64,000 nucleotides of DNA, from NCBI GenBank assembly GCA_013239625.1, contig MU054049.1:569015-633014 (forward strand). Reading direction: 5' to 3'. The stretch comes from Lama guanicoe (lineage: Eukaryota). The notes under the pieces are model-generated. The model searched no databases. It was not told the DNA's origin and saw nothing but the letters and a program-made list of their open reading frames with translations. How positions within the stretch are numbered: the first letter of the stretch is position 1; each line of letters opens with the position of its first letter. The position numbers were made by a program, and so were the translations under genes. Positions 26,076 to 39,386 of the stretch are shown here, piece after piece.

Positions 26076-27179
26076 CCTCCACTAGTTAAGCAGAAGAGTT
26101 GTTTGTGATTCAGCACCATGTTCCCCTTCTTCTCGTGTTAATTACAGCATAATGGGTGGCACTTGTACTACCATAATGCCTTGGTGTGCAGGCACCAGTT
26201 ATTTAAGTAATAGAGTTTTGAGATCCCTAATTAGAAGAATTCAAAGCTTTGTATCACATTGCTCTGAGTTATTGGCCCTTTGCTGCAATTATTTTTGTCT
26301 AGGAGACAAACATTGTCATGAATAGTGATAAGCTCCAAAAAGATTGAGGTCTCATTTTTTTTTAAAGTTTATTAAATCCATTTAGAGTATGAATTTTAAA
26401 GTACTGTATTCTGTGGTGTTATAAAATCAAAAGAGAGTAAGTGAGAACATTTCAGAAGGTACAGAGAGATAAATATTTGTAATGAATTTATTGGTGTACA
26501 TAGTTCCTGCTGGCACTGTATAAGGATGATTATTTTATGAGAAGAACGTAATTTAGTGGAAATTCTAGGTTCTTAGATCAGAATTCTAAGTTCCATCCTT
26601 TGATAGGTTAACATGGAGTCCACTGCATTCTATTTCCTGGTATCCTTTTCTTCTTATTCTCTCCCTCCTTGTAAATACTAAGGCCTGCGGGTTCCTTAAG
26701 GTCAGAGCACACTCCCATTGAAAAGAATATTATCCACTGCTAATGAGAGGAAGAGAGTAGTGGGAAGCGTTTTTCTGTTTATTTTTTAAAAAATCAAATG
26801 CATACACATATAGAATACTGGGAAAAATAAAGATCAAAATTACAATAATATTGCTAATATTATTTTGAATACATGTATTTCTTTCCATGTATTTTGTGCA
26901 TGTGAGAGAGAGATTATATATGTTTATACACATGGGCTCACACATGCATGTATACGTTTATAAGCCATCCAAAAGTAGTTAGTATGTCTTAATTGGAGAC
27001 TAGAGTAGTGATAACTGCTTTGATTTGATTAGGGGTGGAGCCTAAAGAAGTATATTTTGTTTAAAAGAAATATGCCCTTAACAGAGTAAGAATTTTTATT
27101 AAAGAAGAGATTTACAACATTCGTTTCTATACCTTAGCCATCTCTTAACTTTAATAATGGAAAATAGAGGAAGGCATTG

Positions 27180-27630
27180 TAAGAGTTCCATGAAGTCAGA
27201 CTGTTTTCATAGCAATACTAACATGCTGTTTGCCTTTTTCACGCTTATTCTCAAGAGTTTTTCAGAGGCCATGTGACCTTACCTGTGATGTGGTAACAAA
27301 GTGTTAGAAGTTCATAAGAGAATAGAGCTGTCTGAAATTAATCCAGACAGGAAAACGGATTTGTAAAAATGTAAAACAGAGGCACTCTTCTCACTAGAGT
27401 TTTTTTTAAAAATAGTTATTTTCCATCAAAATAGTAGTTATATTAACATGTAATAGGTTCATTATTGTCATTTTTAAAATACGTTTTAAAAATTTAAATG
27501 CTCAGTTTTAATGTTTAATATAGTAAACATTGATGGATTCAACCCCCCAAAATAAAAGTTCTATGGGATCCTCAATAATTTTAAAGGGTTTAAGTAGTCT
27601 TGAAACCAAAAATTTCGAACTGCCACATTA
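27180..27630. mobile_element. hAT-Charlie DNA transposon (Charlie1-like, internally deleted)
   Basis: ccatgaagtcagactgttttcatagcaatactaa...tttgcctttttcac and ...gatcctcaataattttaaaggg...tgaaaccaaaaattt resemble recalled Charlie1 ends. Confidence 0.6.
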
Positions 27631-27654
27631 TATAATACAAAAAAAAAATTTGTT

Positions 27655-28375
27655 AGTATCACTGCCTGTCTTACTGGAAGAATCTTGGGAAGCTGCCAAG
27701 GCTCCCAGGAACAGGTAGAAGTTTTCCAAAATTTTAATTTGAATTTGAAAGTGTGATTTTTTTTTTTTAGGGGAGAGGTAATTAGGTATTTATATGTTTA
27801 TTTATTTATTTTAATAGAGGTACTGGAGATTGAACCCAGGACCTCATACATGCTAGAGCAAACACTCCACAACTGAGCCATACCCTCCTCTCTGAAAGTT
27901 TGAATTTTATCATTGGTGGTAAATACTGTCATTTGTTTTCCTTGAAGTAATAAGCACTCTGTTCATTTTCAAGAAAACGTCTTCTGGATACTCTAGTCCA
28001 AATGATAATTCGTCCATTTCTTTCAAGTAAAAATGGTGGTGATCCATGGAAAAGTGGCTCACAGCTCAAATAGTTGCACAGGTGCTTTTTTTTTCAGGTA
28101 GCAGTTATTTTTCAGTATACAACAGAAGTGCTTGTGTTTACTTCCCATCTTATTATACAGGTAATTTAGATCTTCCTCTTTTATACTGCACCAAAATTCA
28201 ACAATTTAACTGCAGTGTGAAATCTGAAACCATATAAATAAAATTTTCTTGCTGTTGTTTAAAATCCATTGATCTATCTTGCATTTAAATGAATTTTTTG
28301 CTCATGCATTGATAATTTGGAAAATACTGTTTGAATGAGGTCTGCAAATCTTCTAAATGTTTATATATTTGATTA
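27655..28375. mobile_element. hAT-Tip100 DNA transposon fragment (Arthur1-like), split by a SINE
   Basis: gttttccaaaattttaattt...gaattttatcattgg..aaatactgtcatttgttttccttgaagt...ttcaagtaaaaatggt...ttccatgg-like motifs. Confidence 0.55.
27757..27892 (-). mobile_element. Camelid tRNA-derived SINE (Vic-1-like) with TSD
   Basis: Minus strand reads GGAGGGTATGGCTCAGTTGTGGAGTG...GAGGTCCTGGGTTCAATCTCCAGTACCTCTATTAAAATAAATAAATAAAC...CCTAATTACCTCTCCCCT(A)12. Pol III A and B boxes are present. TSD TGAAAGT(G/T)TGA at 27746-27756 and 27893-27903. Confidence 0.9.
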
Positions 28376-28645
28376 TACCACCATTGCCATTGGGTATTAT
28401 GAGGACTCAAAGGCCATCACCAAAACCCCAATTGTGTCATGTATTGGAGGGTCAAAATTTATACAATTAATATTTGGGAGGAAAAATCAATAAAATTGTT
28501 ATCTGTAGTCAGACTAAACAATATAAAAAGAAAGGAATCACAGATTATCAATATCTAGAGTAAAAGAGGGATATCATAACATATCCTAAAGGACTATTGT
28601 AAACAATTATTTAACAATAATAATTTAGGTGAAATGGACAAGTTC

Positions 28646-29777
28646 TTTTTTTTTTAATTGGAGTCTAATTATTTTACAATGTATCAATTTCTGATGTGCA
28701 GTATAGTAGTTCAGTCATACACATACATACATATATTCATTTTCATATTCTTTTTCATTATAGGTTACTACAAGATACTGAATATAGTTCCCTGTGCAAT
28801 ATGGTAGAAACTTGTTTATCTATTTTATATATAGTAGCTAGTATCTGAAATCTCAAACTCCCAGTTTATCCCTGCCCACCCCCTTTCCCCCCTGGTAACC
28901 ATAAGTTTGTTTTCTGTGTCTGTGAATCTATTTCTGTTTTATAAATAAGTTGTTTGTTTTTGGTTTTTTTTTTAGATTCCACATATAAGTGATAGCATAT
29001 GGTATTTTTCTTTCTTTTTCTGGCTTACTTCACTTAGAATGACATTCTCCAGGGACATCCATGCTGTTTCAAATGGCATTATTTTATTCTTTTTTATGGA
29101 CAAGTAGTATTCCATTATATAAATATACCACTTCTTTATCCGGTCATGTTGATGGACATTTAGGCTGTTTTCATGTCTTGGCTGTTGTGAATAGTGCTGC
29201 TATGAACATTGGGGTGCATGTATCTTTTCGAATTAAAGTTCCCTCTGGATATATGCCCAGGAATGGGATTGCTGGATCATATGGTAAGTCTATTTTTAAT
29301 TTTTTGAGGAATCTCTATACTGTTTTCAGTAGTGGCTGCACCAAACTACTTTCCCACCAATAGTATAGTGTTACCTTTTCTCTACATCCTCTCCAGCATT
29401 TATCGTTTGTGGACTTTTGAATGATGGCCATTCTGACGGGTGCGAGATGATACCTCATTGTAGTTCTGATTTGCATTTCTCTGATAATTAGCGATATTAA
29501 ACATTTTTTCTTGTGCCTGTTGGTCATTTGTATGTCTTCATTGCAGAATTGATTGTTTAGGTCTTCTGCCCATTTTTGGATTGGGCAATAGAAGTAAAAG
29601 CAGAAATACACAAATGGGACCTAATTAAACTTATAAGCTTTTGCACAGCAAAGGAATCCATAAGCAAAACAAAAAGACAATCTACAGAATGGGAGGAAAT
29701 ATTTGCAAAAGATGAGACTGACAAGGGCTTAATTTCCAGAATATATAAACAGTTCATACAACTTAATAAGAAAAAAA
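28646..29777 (-). mobile_element. Relatively young L1, 5'-truncated with 5' inversion (twin priming)
   Basis: Poly(T) at 28646. 3' UTR and ORF2 C-terminus on the minus strand to ~29585 ([23 protein letters not shown]). The adjacent upstream ORF2 piece is on the plus strand at 29585-29777 ([20 protein letters not shown]). TSD GACAA(G/A)TTC at 28637-28645 and 29778-29786. Confidence 0.9.
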
Positions 29778-29931
29778 GACAAATTCCTTTTAAAGATAAT
29801 GCATTCTCCAGACTGACAAAACAAGAAAGCTGTGTATGTATTAGAGAAACTGAACTTATAATGAAAAACTTTCCCACAAGCTCTGTGGCATCACAGGGAA
29901 ACACTAATTTGATGACTCCACTAGGCCTAAA

Positions 29932-30250
29932 GCAGTCATTCTCAAACTGTTTAAGTCTTGGAATATCTTTACGTAAAAATTATTGAAGATCTTAAACAGG
30001 TTTTCTTTATGCAAGCTATAGCTATCAAAATTTACCTTATTAAAAATTAAAATTAATAACTTTAAAAAGCATCAATCCATTTACAAAATAATAAACCAAT
30101 TACAAGTTAACGTAAATAACTTTTTAATAAAAATTAACTATTTTCCAAAAGAAAAAACAATATAATCTGTTGTGATATCACAGGTTTCTTAGACTCTGGA
30201 AAAGTCTTGTGCATTTTGTAAGAGGATGAGAGGGAAAAAGACAAATGATA
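29932..30250. mobile_element. hAT-Charlie DNA transposon fragment
   Basis: cagtcattctcaaactgttt...aaaaattattgaagatc...ttttctttatg resembles a Charlie terminus. Confidence 0.5.
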
Positions 30251-31044
30251 TGCATTTCTGTGCGTATGATATGTAAGTACATTTTTGTCTTTCAGCACTT
30301 TAAAGTTGTAGCTTCCTGTCTCTGACTTGACAATTTCAGAGGAGAAGTCTGTGGTAATTTTTATCCTTGTTTCAGAATAAATTGTGGAAATTGTTTATCT
30401 TACAGCTCCCTGGCAGTTGTCCTTTGCCTCAGACTTTGGGAGTTTTGCCTTATGCATGTGTAGATTAACATTTGGCTAAAGACAGGAAAGGACTCCTATG
30501 CTCATTGCTGGAGCACTTTCTCTGAGTGGCTCTCTTCTGTCTACTGTGCCCTCAAGATTTCAGTCACCTTTGCCTTCCTGATCTAGCTTCTCAACTCAGC
30601 AAGGCTGCTGTGCTCCATTTAGTATGCCTGTGTCTACACAGTGGTCTGGAAAGGCCCCCGGGCAGGACAGCAGAGAAACTATAAGGCTTAATTTATTTGT
30701 TTTCCTTTTTTCCCCCTTAGGGATTGAAGACCTAATCTCTCTGTTATCTGGTGTCTGATAGCAGTATCACGTTTTCTCCACTTTTTAGTTACTGAAAGAG
30801 GGTAAATCTGATCCCAGTACTCCACCATGCCAGAGGCAGAAGTCAGCATTTTTAATTTTTATTTTTGGAGTTGTTTCAAGAACTATTATTTTAAAGGAAG
30901 TGAACCCCATTTAATATCTAATGGGTAATATTGGACAATGATACATTTTTTTCTTTCCTTAGGAAAATCTAAATAGCTGTGGATCTGAGTTAAAACATAA
31001 TAATAGCTTTGGTAACAAAATGTAAAAATTTGTCATCCCTTAAT

Positions 31045-31170
31045 ATCTTCAGGGATCTCCCATGGATACCAAAATCTGTGGTTGCTCGGGTCCCTTGTAT
31101 AAAATGGCACAGAACAGTCAGCCCTCTGTTTCCATGAGTTCTGCATCTGCAGATATGGAGAGCCAACTGG
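31045..31170. mobile_element. Tigger/MER2-like MITE fragment
   Basis: ccatggataccaaaatctgtggttgctcgggtcccttgtataaaatggc...gatatggagagccaactg. Confidence 0.6.
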
Positions 31171-31224
31171 AAAGGAAGAAAGGTTAGGTGGTTTCCAGGA
31201 CATTAGCACTTGAAGTAATAGTTT

Positions 31225-31960
31225 TCATTTTTCATTTGTTCACTTGGCAAATATTATCTGGTATTTCCTATATGCCAGGCACTATGCTTAGGTTTTTAGA
31301 ATATAGAGTGAATAAAACAACCATTCCCTGCCTTCTTGGAGTTTATAGTCTAGTGAAGGGGATTAATCACAAAAATAAATGAACAGGTAGCACTTTGATA
31401 AATACAGTAAGAAGAACATGGCATCATAAAAGTGTATAAGGACACCCAGTTTAGATTGAAGAGTCAGGGGAAGTTCTGAGAAGGTGACAGCTGAGCTGGA
31501 ATTTGAGATCTGATAGATGAGCAGGAATTCAGTAGTAAGGAGAAGGAAGTAGGTTTAAAAGGACTTGTTCAGAGCAGTCTAGGCTGAGAGGAAGCTTATG
31601 CAGAAGCTATCAAGAGAGGAATGGAGGAAAGTTGATGTAGTGGCTGGAGAGTAGAGTACCAGGTGCTGAGACTAGAAATACTAGAAGAGGACCAGGTTTG
31701 GGTTTTGGAGATGTTGAATTGGAGATGCCTTTGGAACATTCAAATGGAAATACCATGAAATCAGAGGCAAAATCAGAGTTGAAAATCCACATTTGGATCT
31801 CTTGTATTGATGTGGTAATTTCTGTGGATGTGGATGAAACTAACTGAAACAAAGGAATATGGAAAGAAAAGAGAATGTCTAGCCTTTGAGAAATTCTCCT
31901 TTTTAATGTCCAGGTACAGAGGATAATGAATCATTCAAGAAGCCGAAGAACTGATTTCTG
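31225..31960 (-). mobile_element. L2 LINE fragments
   Basis: tcatttgttcacttggcaaatatt...tatatgccaggcactatgct, and tttggagatgttgaattggagatgcc. Confidence 0.7.
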
Positions 31961-31995
31961 CACACTGGGACAGTGAATTATTAAAGAAGCTACAT

Positions 31996-33244
31996 TGTGT
32001 TAGTTTTCTATGGCTGCTTTAATACCACAAGCTTAGTGGCTTAAACCAATAGAAATTTATATTCTCTCATAGGTCTGGAGGTCAGATGTCTGAAATTAGT
32101 ATTACTAGGCTGAAATCAAGGTTTTGACAGGACGGTGCTCCCTTCAGAGATTCTTCCTGCTTCTGGTGGCTGCCACCATTCCTTGACTTGTGGCCACCCA
32201 CTCTAATCACTGGCTCTGTAGTCACATTGCTTCCTCTTTTTCTGTGTCTGATCTACCTCTGTTATATGGACATTTGTGATGGTGTTTAGGGTCCACCTGG
32301 ATAATCCTGGACAGTCGCATCTCAAGATCCTTAATATACTTATATCTGCCAAACCTTTATTCTGAGCTTTTAAACTACACAACATTTCTGACACCAAATA
32401 TGTGGATTTTTTCCATATACCAACCAGTTCACCAGCTCTCTGGACACGAAGTGGTCATCCTACAGTTCAACTCGGACACTAACGATAGGAGTTAGTGCAG
32501 ATCCCACAGGTCAAGGGATCAGTCCCACAAGAGTACCCCCACTTCTGATGCCAGTTGCAAGTCTTGGCCACCCATACTTTTGACCAAATGGCTATGAAAT
32601 TGAGGTTAGGGGTGGGGGGGTTAGTTTCTTACAGTCCCTCCTCTCAGATTTGATAATTTGCTAGAAATGGCTCTCAGAACTCAGAGAAGGACTCTTATCT
32701 ACTGTTACTGGTTTATTATAAAGGGTGAAACTCAGAACAGCCAGGTGGAAGAGATACATAGGGCAAGGCATGGGGGCAAGGAGTGTGCAGTTTCCATGCC
32801 CTCTCCAGGCACTGATGTGCCCTCCTCAGAACCTTGATGTGCTTACCAACCCAGAAGCTCTTTGAACCCCATTGTTTAGGGGTTTTTTGTGGAAGTCTCA
32901 TTATGTGGGTACAGTTGATTAAATCATTGACCATCAGTGGTTGGCTCAGTCTTCAGCCCCTCTCCCCTCCTGGAGGTCAAGATGTGGGGCCTAAATTTCC
33001 AACCCTACAATCATGCCTTGGTTTTTCTGGCAACCATCATTCATCCTGAAGCTACTTATGGGCCTCCACCCACCAATCATCTCATTAGTATACAAAAGAC
33101 ATGCTTACCACTCCCAGGGTTTTAGGAGCTAGGTGTCAGGAACTAAATCAATTATGTGTTTCTTATTGTGTCACATGAACATTCACAGGTTCCAAGAACT
33201 AGGACCTGATATCTTTGGGGGAGCATTTTTCAACCTGCCACACA
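31996..33244. mobile_element. MaLR solo LTR (MLT1B/C-like) in two parts: 31996-~32360 and 33176-33244
   Basis: tgtgttagttttctatggctgct...agtggcttaaac...tctcaagatccttaat...atctgccaaacc, resuming as acattcacaggttcc...ggggagcatttttcaacctgccaca. Confidence 0.8.
32361..33175. mobile_element. MER21-like ERV solo LTR nested in the MLT1
   Basis: acaacatttctgacaccaaatatgtgg...tcagtcccacaaga...tttgataatttgctagaa.tggctc.cagaactcag...tctcattagtatacaaaagaca...ttattgtgtcaca. Confidence 0.7.
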
Positions 33245-36200
33245 AGAATGCCTCAGACATTCAATTGATCTTCTGTGTCTGGTATTTCTGAGGGATCAAA
33301 TTAAATGTGGATTTAAAAAGATCCCATTGGTAGTCTCAGAGAGACCTGTTTGATGGAAGCAGAAGTCATATTGGAGAGTATACAGGGTGTTTGGTAGCTA
33401 GAAGTTGCAAGACTTCTTGTTTGATAGCTTCTCTTCTATGAAGAGAAGGAAATGATGGGGATTAAAAGTTGGAAGAGAATGAAAAAAATTTAAAATAAAA
33501 ATAGAGAATAGAAAGTAATTCTGCAGAGAAAAGAACATCATTGCGCACTCATTGAGGTTGATCATGAAATGATACTTGCATCTATCTATCTTGTTGTGTT
33601 ACTTTTTCTATTTGCACTTGGGCGGGAGTATGGAGCAAGCAGACAGCTGACATTCTGTCTAGGCTGGGAATTTTATAAGACAGGAGTCTAAGGAGTTTAG
33701 GGCATTCATAAAAGTTTTTTTTTTAACAGGCTGGAGCATGAATTTAAGTTGCCTAAGAAAGTAAAAGAATAAAAAAGAAGATAGATGAGTAGAAGCTACA
33801 AAATTAAGGTACTAAAATATCATCTTGGGTCAAAGAATGTTCATAGTAAGGGTAGTTTATAAGCAAGCTTCTAGGAAGAGATAGTGGTTAGTATAGGATA
33901 CCTGAACTATGTTTTCTCCAAGTGGGTCAGTTTCAGATGATGACTAAATCCCAGGTAGTGACCACAGGTTAGATGAGGAGGTAGATTATTATAGTTGAGG
34001 ATGTCAGAAGAACTGAAAGACCATAGTTTTGGAGAGTTTGGTCTCAGGGATGTTGATATCACAGGATGATAGCAAAGCTTAGGGTAAAGGGGAAGATTTT
34101 ATGGTGTGAAAGTTCTCACTGAATGTCAGGGGGCAGGGGTAGCTAGGAGACTGGTAGATTGTAGCAACAAAGAGGGCAACTGGGTATTATAGCTGAGTAA
34201 CATGAGCTTTAAAGGAGCAGGTTTGTATGTGTGTGTGTGTGTCTTATAAGAGTTTGGAAAGGATAGAAGGGAACAGTGGGGAGTAAGCAAGATACCTACC
34301 TACACCACCATTTGAGAGAGCAGCATAAGAAGCGGTGGTTTGAGAGATGATAAGATTTTATGCAAAGCAAAGAAGCAGAGTAAATGCTTGGGGAAAATAC
34401 AGGATATAGAGGAATTTGAAGCTGCAGTTATGATGGCTCCATAGAATGGTTTGGGAAAGTTAGGGAGGAGTAGAGGCCTTGGTCAAGGTCATAGAGTTAT
34501 AGAACTCCATGGATGATGATGGGCATTTGGTTGGGCATTAATTTTTTTTTTTAATGAAATGAGTGAGAGCCATGATGAATTTTGTCTTATCTTTTTTTTT
34601 TTCTTTTTTTTTTTGAGATGATGGGCACTAGGCCCAGTTCCCAAAATAATTAACTAACTTGACCTGAAGTGAAAGTTGCAGTTGATTTCAGTCTTAATTT
34701 GCCTAAAAAGGCAAGCACTGAAGCTTTCATAGGTTTTTGTTTGTACTGTTTTCAAGAGAAGACAGTAAAGAACAGGGAGTCGGAAGTAAAGGAGACAGAG
34801 AAAAGAAGATGATACCATACATGAAAGTATATGGAAAATTTATGCCATAAATATATCAATTAAAAATCTGGGTTATTTGATATGTGGGTTTGTAGTATTT
34901 CAGTTCCAGATGGGTTACCTGTGGAACATAGCTCATTTCTGGTACACCTCCAGTTTCTCCCACTTAGGATATGTTTAAGGAATGTAAATTGAATATTTGG
35001 TAAAAATAGAGCAGTATCAGAACAAACAAAGATCACATGCTGTTTTGACTCTATTAGTGGGTTCTCTCAGTGACCATAATAGTTTAGCAGCAACTATAGC
35101 TGGTCACCTCTGAAAATTATTGTAAGTAAATATGGTCCAGATGAAGCTTAGTAAGTTTAGGGTAACAGATTTGCTTCTCTATATACATTTTTAAAACTGC
35201 ACAGATTTTGTGAGCTGCTTTTGAGTTTACAGATTCTGGTACTATTTATAATTCCCTGTTGTCTTTATTCCTAAAGAGCTACTACCCCCGTTTAAGATTG
35301 TTGCCAGATTGACCATCTGCTGTTGTTTCCCACTAGTCATTAGCTTTTCATCATGACTTAACCAAAGCAATTCTGTTCACTCCTGCTTTGGGGAGTTTCA
35401 CGTCAGGCCACTGTACAGAAACTGATTGAATATCTTGTTGGTGGCCATTTTCAGCATGCATTTCCAAGCTGGCAGACTGCTTACTGGGATTTCATTGTTG
35501 ATATATTCTCTAGCCTCGCCTCACAGTGGTTAGTGCAAAGATTAGTTGTCCTGACTTGATTTGATTTAAATTCAGAATATATTTGTTAAATGTCTTCTAT
35601 AAATAAAGTAATGTGCTCAGTACTTTGGAAAACTTCTGAAAAAGTTATAAAAAAAATTTTTCCACCCTCCAAATGCCTACAGTCTGTGGAGAGAGAACAT
35701 ATATATGAATTTGCCAAAATAATGTAGTTATAATTGCTGAGACAAGTAAAGTTAAAATGCTGTAGGAGTTCAGGAATTCTAGGTAAGATTGTTACATGAT
35801 CATGGATGTCCCTCATTATGTCTTCTTCTCTACCTACTGAAATCCAGAGAGAGTGAGAAAACAAAATCTTGAAGCAGAAAGGTTAAAAGTTAAAAAGCAA
35901 ATTTATGAGCATTTAAAAAAAGTTATGAAATTGTAAAGGAAACCAAGAATAATAGTAATATCTGATGTGGTAGAATTCAAGGCATAAAACATTAAACAGA
36001 ACAGAAAGGTTCTTTTTTTATTGATAGATCCTAGTGGGAGACTTCAACATACTTATCTCTGAGAGTAAAGTGTGCAGAGAATAAACAAGACCATAGGAAA
36101 TGTTAGAGATTTAAATAAGCTTGTCTGGAACTCCCAGTTTCATGGCTTGATCTGATATTTTTGTGAATTCTCCACTTCATTTCTTTATGATCGACTCTCT

Positions 36201-36469
36201 CTCATAACAACTGGGTTCCTTCTCATTTTGGCTTGTGAGTCAGCCGGTATACAAGCCTAGGGTTCTTTGCTGTTTCCTGTTAGAAAGCTAATTCTGAATA
36301 TTTTGTGAAATAAGTAAAATTACAAAGTATTTTAGAGAATAAAATGAAACAGGAACATTTCTTTGAGTCTAAGATCTGATTTTTTAAACATACACACATA
36401 CACACACCACTCTCTCTATCCAAGCCTAAGCCTGAAGAAAATATAAAAGTAAACCTCAAAGTGGTGCAG

Positions 36470-38935
36470 TATAGACTTCTGCTTACAGAAGGATGGAATA
36501 AATGTACATTTCCCTACTACTCCTGCTAAGTACAGCTAAAATCCTGGATGTTGTGTATAAAGCAAATAAAAGACTTGGAAAAGTGAAAAGAAGATAGATT
36601 GGCTTAGTCTCTCAGGACCCAAATAATAGCATGACTGTAAAAATCCTGAGTTTTCTTATGGAGTCATATATTCTAGAATAGGTATGGAGAAGCTGGCAAC
36701 CCAGATACATTTGGCACAGACAGAAGCCTCAAGAAAGGTCTGTCCTCTTTAGCCAAGGATTAGGAATGGGATAGCCTAGTAAGGCAGAAAACTTTTAGAT
36801 AGTAACCATTCCACTCCGGCCAAATGCACAGGAAAAAAATCACCCTGATGAGCAGAAGCCAGTTGGGGACCTAGACTTTCTCTCTCCTCAGACATAACAA
36901 GGCAACCTCTCCCCCCCATGGTATCAGTGGAAGTCATGGGGGCGGAGGGAGCAGTAACAACGCGCTCCTCCCAGCCAGGGCAGTATTAGTGAGGATTCTG
37001 AACTCCTACCTTCACCCAGTATGCGAAGTTCCTCCTTCCGTTCCCCTCTACCAGTGGTCAGCAAAAATCTAGTGAGGAACGTGCACTTCCTTCCACCCCT
37101 GCCAGACAACGAGGCTGTGTCCTTCTTTTCCGACCAGAGCATTGTCAGAAGAAGCCTGCTATCACAGGATATTTAAATAAGATCCATAGTCTCATAATAT
37201 AATACCCAGGAATGCAGATTTCAGTTGGAAATATATCAAGAACCAGAAATGTTTCAACTCAAAATAGACAAAGCAGTTAATAACACCAAGACACCACAGA
37301 TGTCAGAATTATCTGACAAGGATTTTGAAGCAGCCACCAAGGAAATGTTTCAACAAGCAATTATAAACACTTGTAACAAATGAAAAAATATAAATTCTCA
37401 ATGAAGGTAGGGTAAATCTCAGCAACTTTGATAAAATGAACCAATTACTCAGAAAGCACAGACTACCACAGCTCACCCAGCATGATATGAATAATTTGAA
37501 TAGCCCTAAACTATTAAGGAAATTAAATTTGTAATTTTAAAACAAAAGCCAGACCTGGGTGTTTTCATTGGAACATTTTACCAGATTCTCGAAGAAGAAT
37601 TCACATTATTTCTACACAACCTCTACCAGGAAATACAAGATGAAAGAACCCTTTCTGATTCATTATGAAACAGTTATTAACCTTGTTACCAAAATCAGAC
37701 AAAGACAGTACAAAAAAAAAAACCAAAACAAAACTGCAGACCAATATCCCTCATAAGTATAGGTGCAAAAAATTCCTTAGCAAATTACAAGTAAATATAA
37801 TTCAACAATGTATAAAAAATTACACTGTGACCAAGTGGAGTTTGTATCAGTCAATATAATCAACCATATTAACAGGATAGTGAGGAAAATCACATGATAG
37901 TATCCATTGTTGCAGAAAAGAAGCTTTTGACACAGTAGAACACCCTTCATGACTAAATGAAAACTAGGGAAAAGGAGAAACTTCCTCAATTTGATACAGA
38001 ACGTGTACAGACAACATACAGTTAAAGCCAGACTTGTTGAAAAAACTGAATACTTTCCTCCTGTGATTGGGAACAAGGTGGTAAGGATGTCCATTCTCAC
38101 AGCTCTTGTTCAGCATAATATTGGGAATTTCAGCCAGCCCAATATGATGGAGAAAAAAACAAGTGTACAGATTGGAAAGAGAGAAATGAAACTGTTCCTG
38201 TTGGCCTATGACATAATCATAAGTGTAGGAAGTCCCAAGAAAGCTGTGAAAAGACCTGTAGAGCTAGTAAGTGAGTTCGGCAAAATGACAGGGTATGATA
38301 CTAACATACAAAAATCAGTTTCTATACTCTACCAAAGAACATGTGGAAACTGATATTAAAAATTTAATACCATTCACAGTTGCTCAAAAAAAATGAAATA
38401 CTTAAATATGAACCTAACAAAACATTTATAGGACTTGTATACTGACAACTCTAAAATACTGGTGAAAGAAATCTAAGACCTAAATAAATGCAGAGACAGT
38501 TTATTCAGTAGATTGGAAGACTTCACATAGTATAGAAGTCTCTTTTCCCCAAATGGATATACAAGTTTAACAAAATTCCTATCAAAATCTCAGGAAGGTA
38601 TATTTTTAGGTGTAGACAAAATTATTCTAAAATGTGTATGGCAAGGCAGAGGAAGTAGAGTAGCTAAAACAATTTGAAAAAAAGAAGAATGAAATGGGAC
38701 AAATCACTCTCCTCAATTTCAAGACTTATTATATAGCTAGAATAATCAAGACAGTGTGGTATTGGCAGGCAGTTAGACAGTGGAACAGACCTGAAAGCCA
38801 GAAATAGCTCCACACAATTGAGGCTAATTGATTTTTGATAGAGATGCAAAAGACAATGGAGGAAGGATAGTCTCTACAACAAATAATGCTGGCACAACTG
38901 GATATCCATAGGCAAGCAGATGAAAAAAAGCTAAA
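36470..38935 (+). mobile_element. Old L1 with 5' region, ORF1 remnant and ORF2 (RT-region) remnant
   Basis: ORF track 37991-38353 resembles L1 RT (VQIGKREMKLFLLAYDII; LVSEFGKMTGYDTNIQKSV). Also aatcaagacagtgtggtattggc. Confidence 0.8.
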
Positions 38936-39196
38936 TGAAGGCATAAGATCTCTGAGAAATTGTGTGACGCTTAAACTGGCTTTTATCCAGAGGGCATTTG
39001 CAAAACCTGGTAAGCTTGAGTTTCCTTTCCTCAGCCTCAGGAAGCACTGAGGAACAAGAGGAAATAGTAAGGTCTTTCTGAGATGATAAATCTAATAAGT
39101 CATCCTCTTCCCCTAAAAGCTGAGCCTCAGAGGGTTAAACTAGAAATCCCCACCAATCCCACCATCCTTCATGACTGTGAGGGAGATTAATTTTCT

Positions 39197-39386
39197 CTAT
39201 GTTTCTCAGTTTTTAATACGCAGCAGAATCCTCTGGAGGGTTGTTCAACACAGATTGCTAGTTTGACATCCCCAGAGTTTATGATTCAGTAGGTATGGGG
39301 TGAGACCTGAGAATTCACATTTCTAACAAGTTCCTAGGTCATGATGATTTTTTCTGGTTGGGGACCACACTTCAGAAATCATTAGT
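39197..39386. mobile_element. MER5A-like hAT-Charlie MITE
   Basis: gcagaatc.tctggaggg..acacagattgct...gattcagtaggtatggggtgagacctgagaatt.catttctaacaagttcc..ggggaccacactt. Confidence 0.85.

Noticed and set aside
27820..27890. tRNA-like sequence on the minus strand
   Set aside because: It is the head of a SINE with tail and TSD, not a tRNA gene.
29061..29986. Cluster of 98-136-aa ORFs
   Set aside because: These are L1 ORF2 fragments and their antisense frames, not host genes.
37559..38944. ORFs with reverse-transcriptase-like residues
   Set aside because: Decayed L1 ORF2 with many stops and frameshifts and a mutated catalytic motif (LLAYD in place of LFADD).
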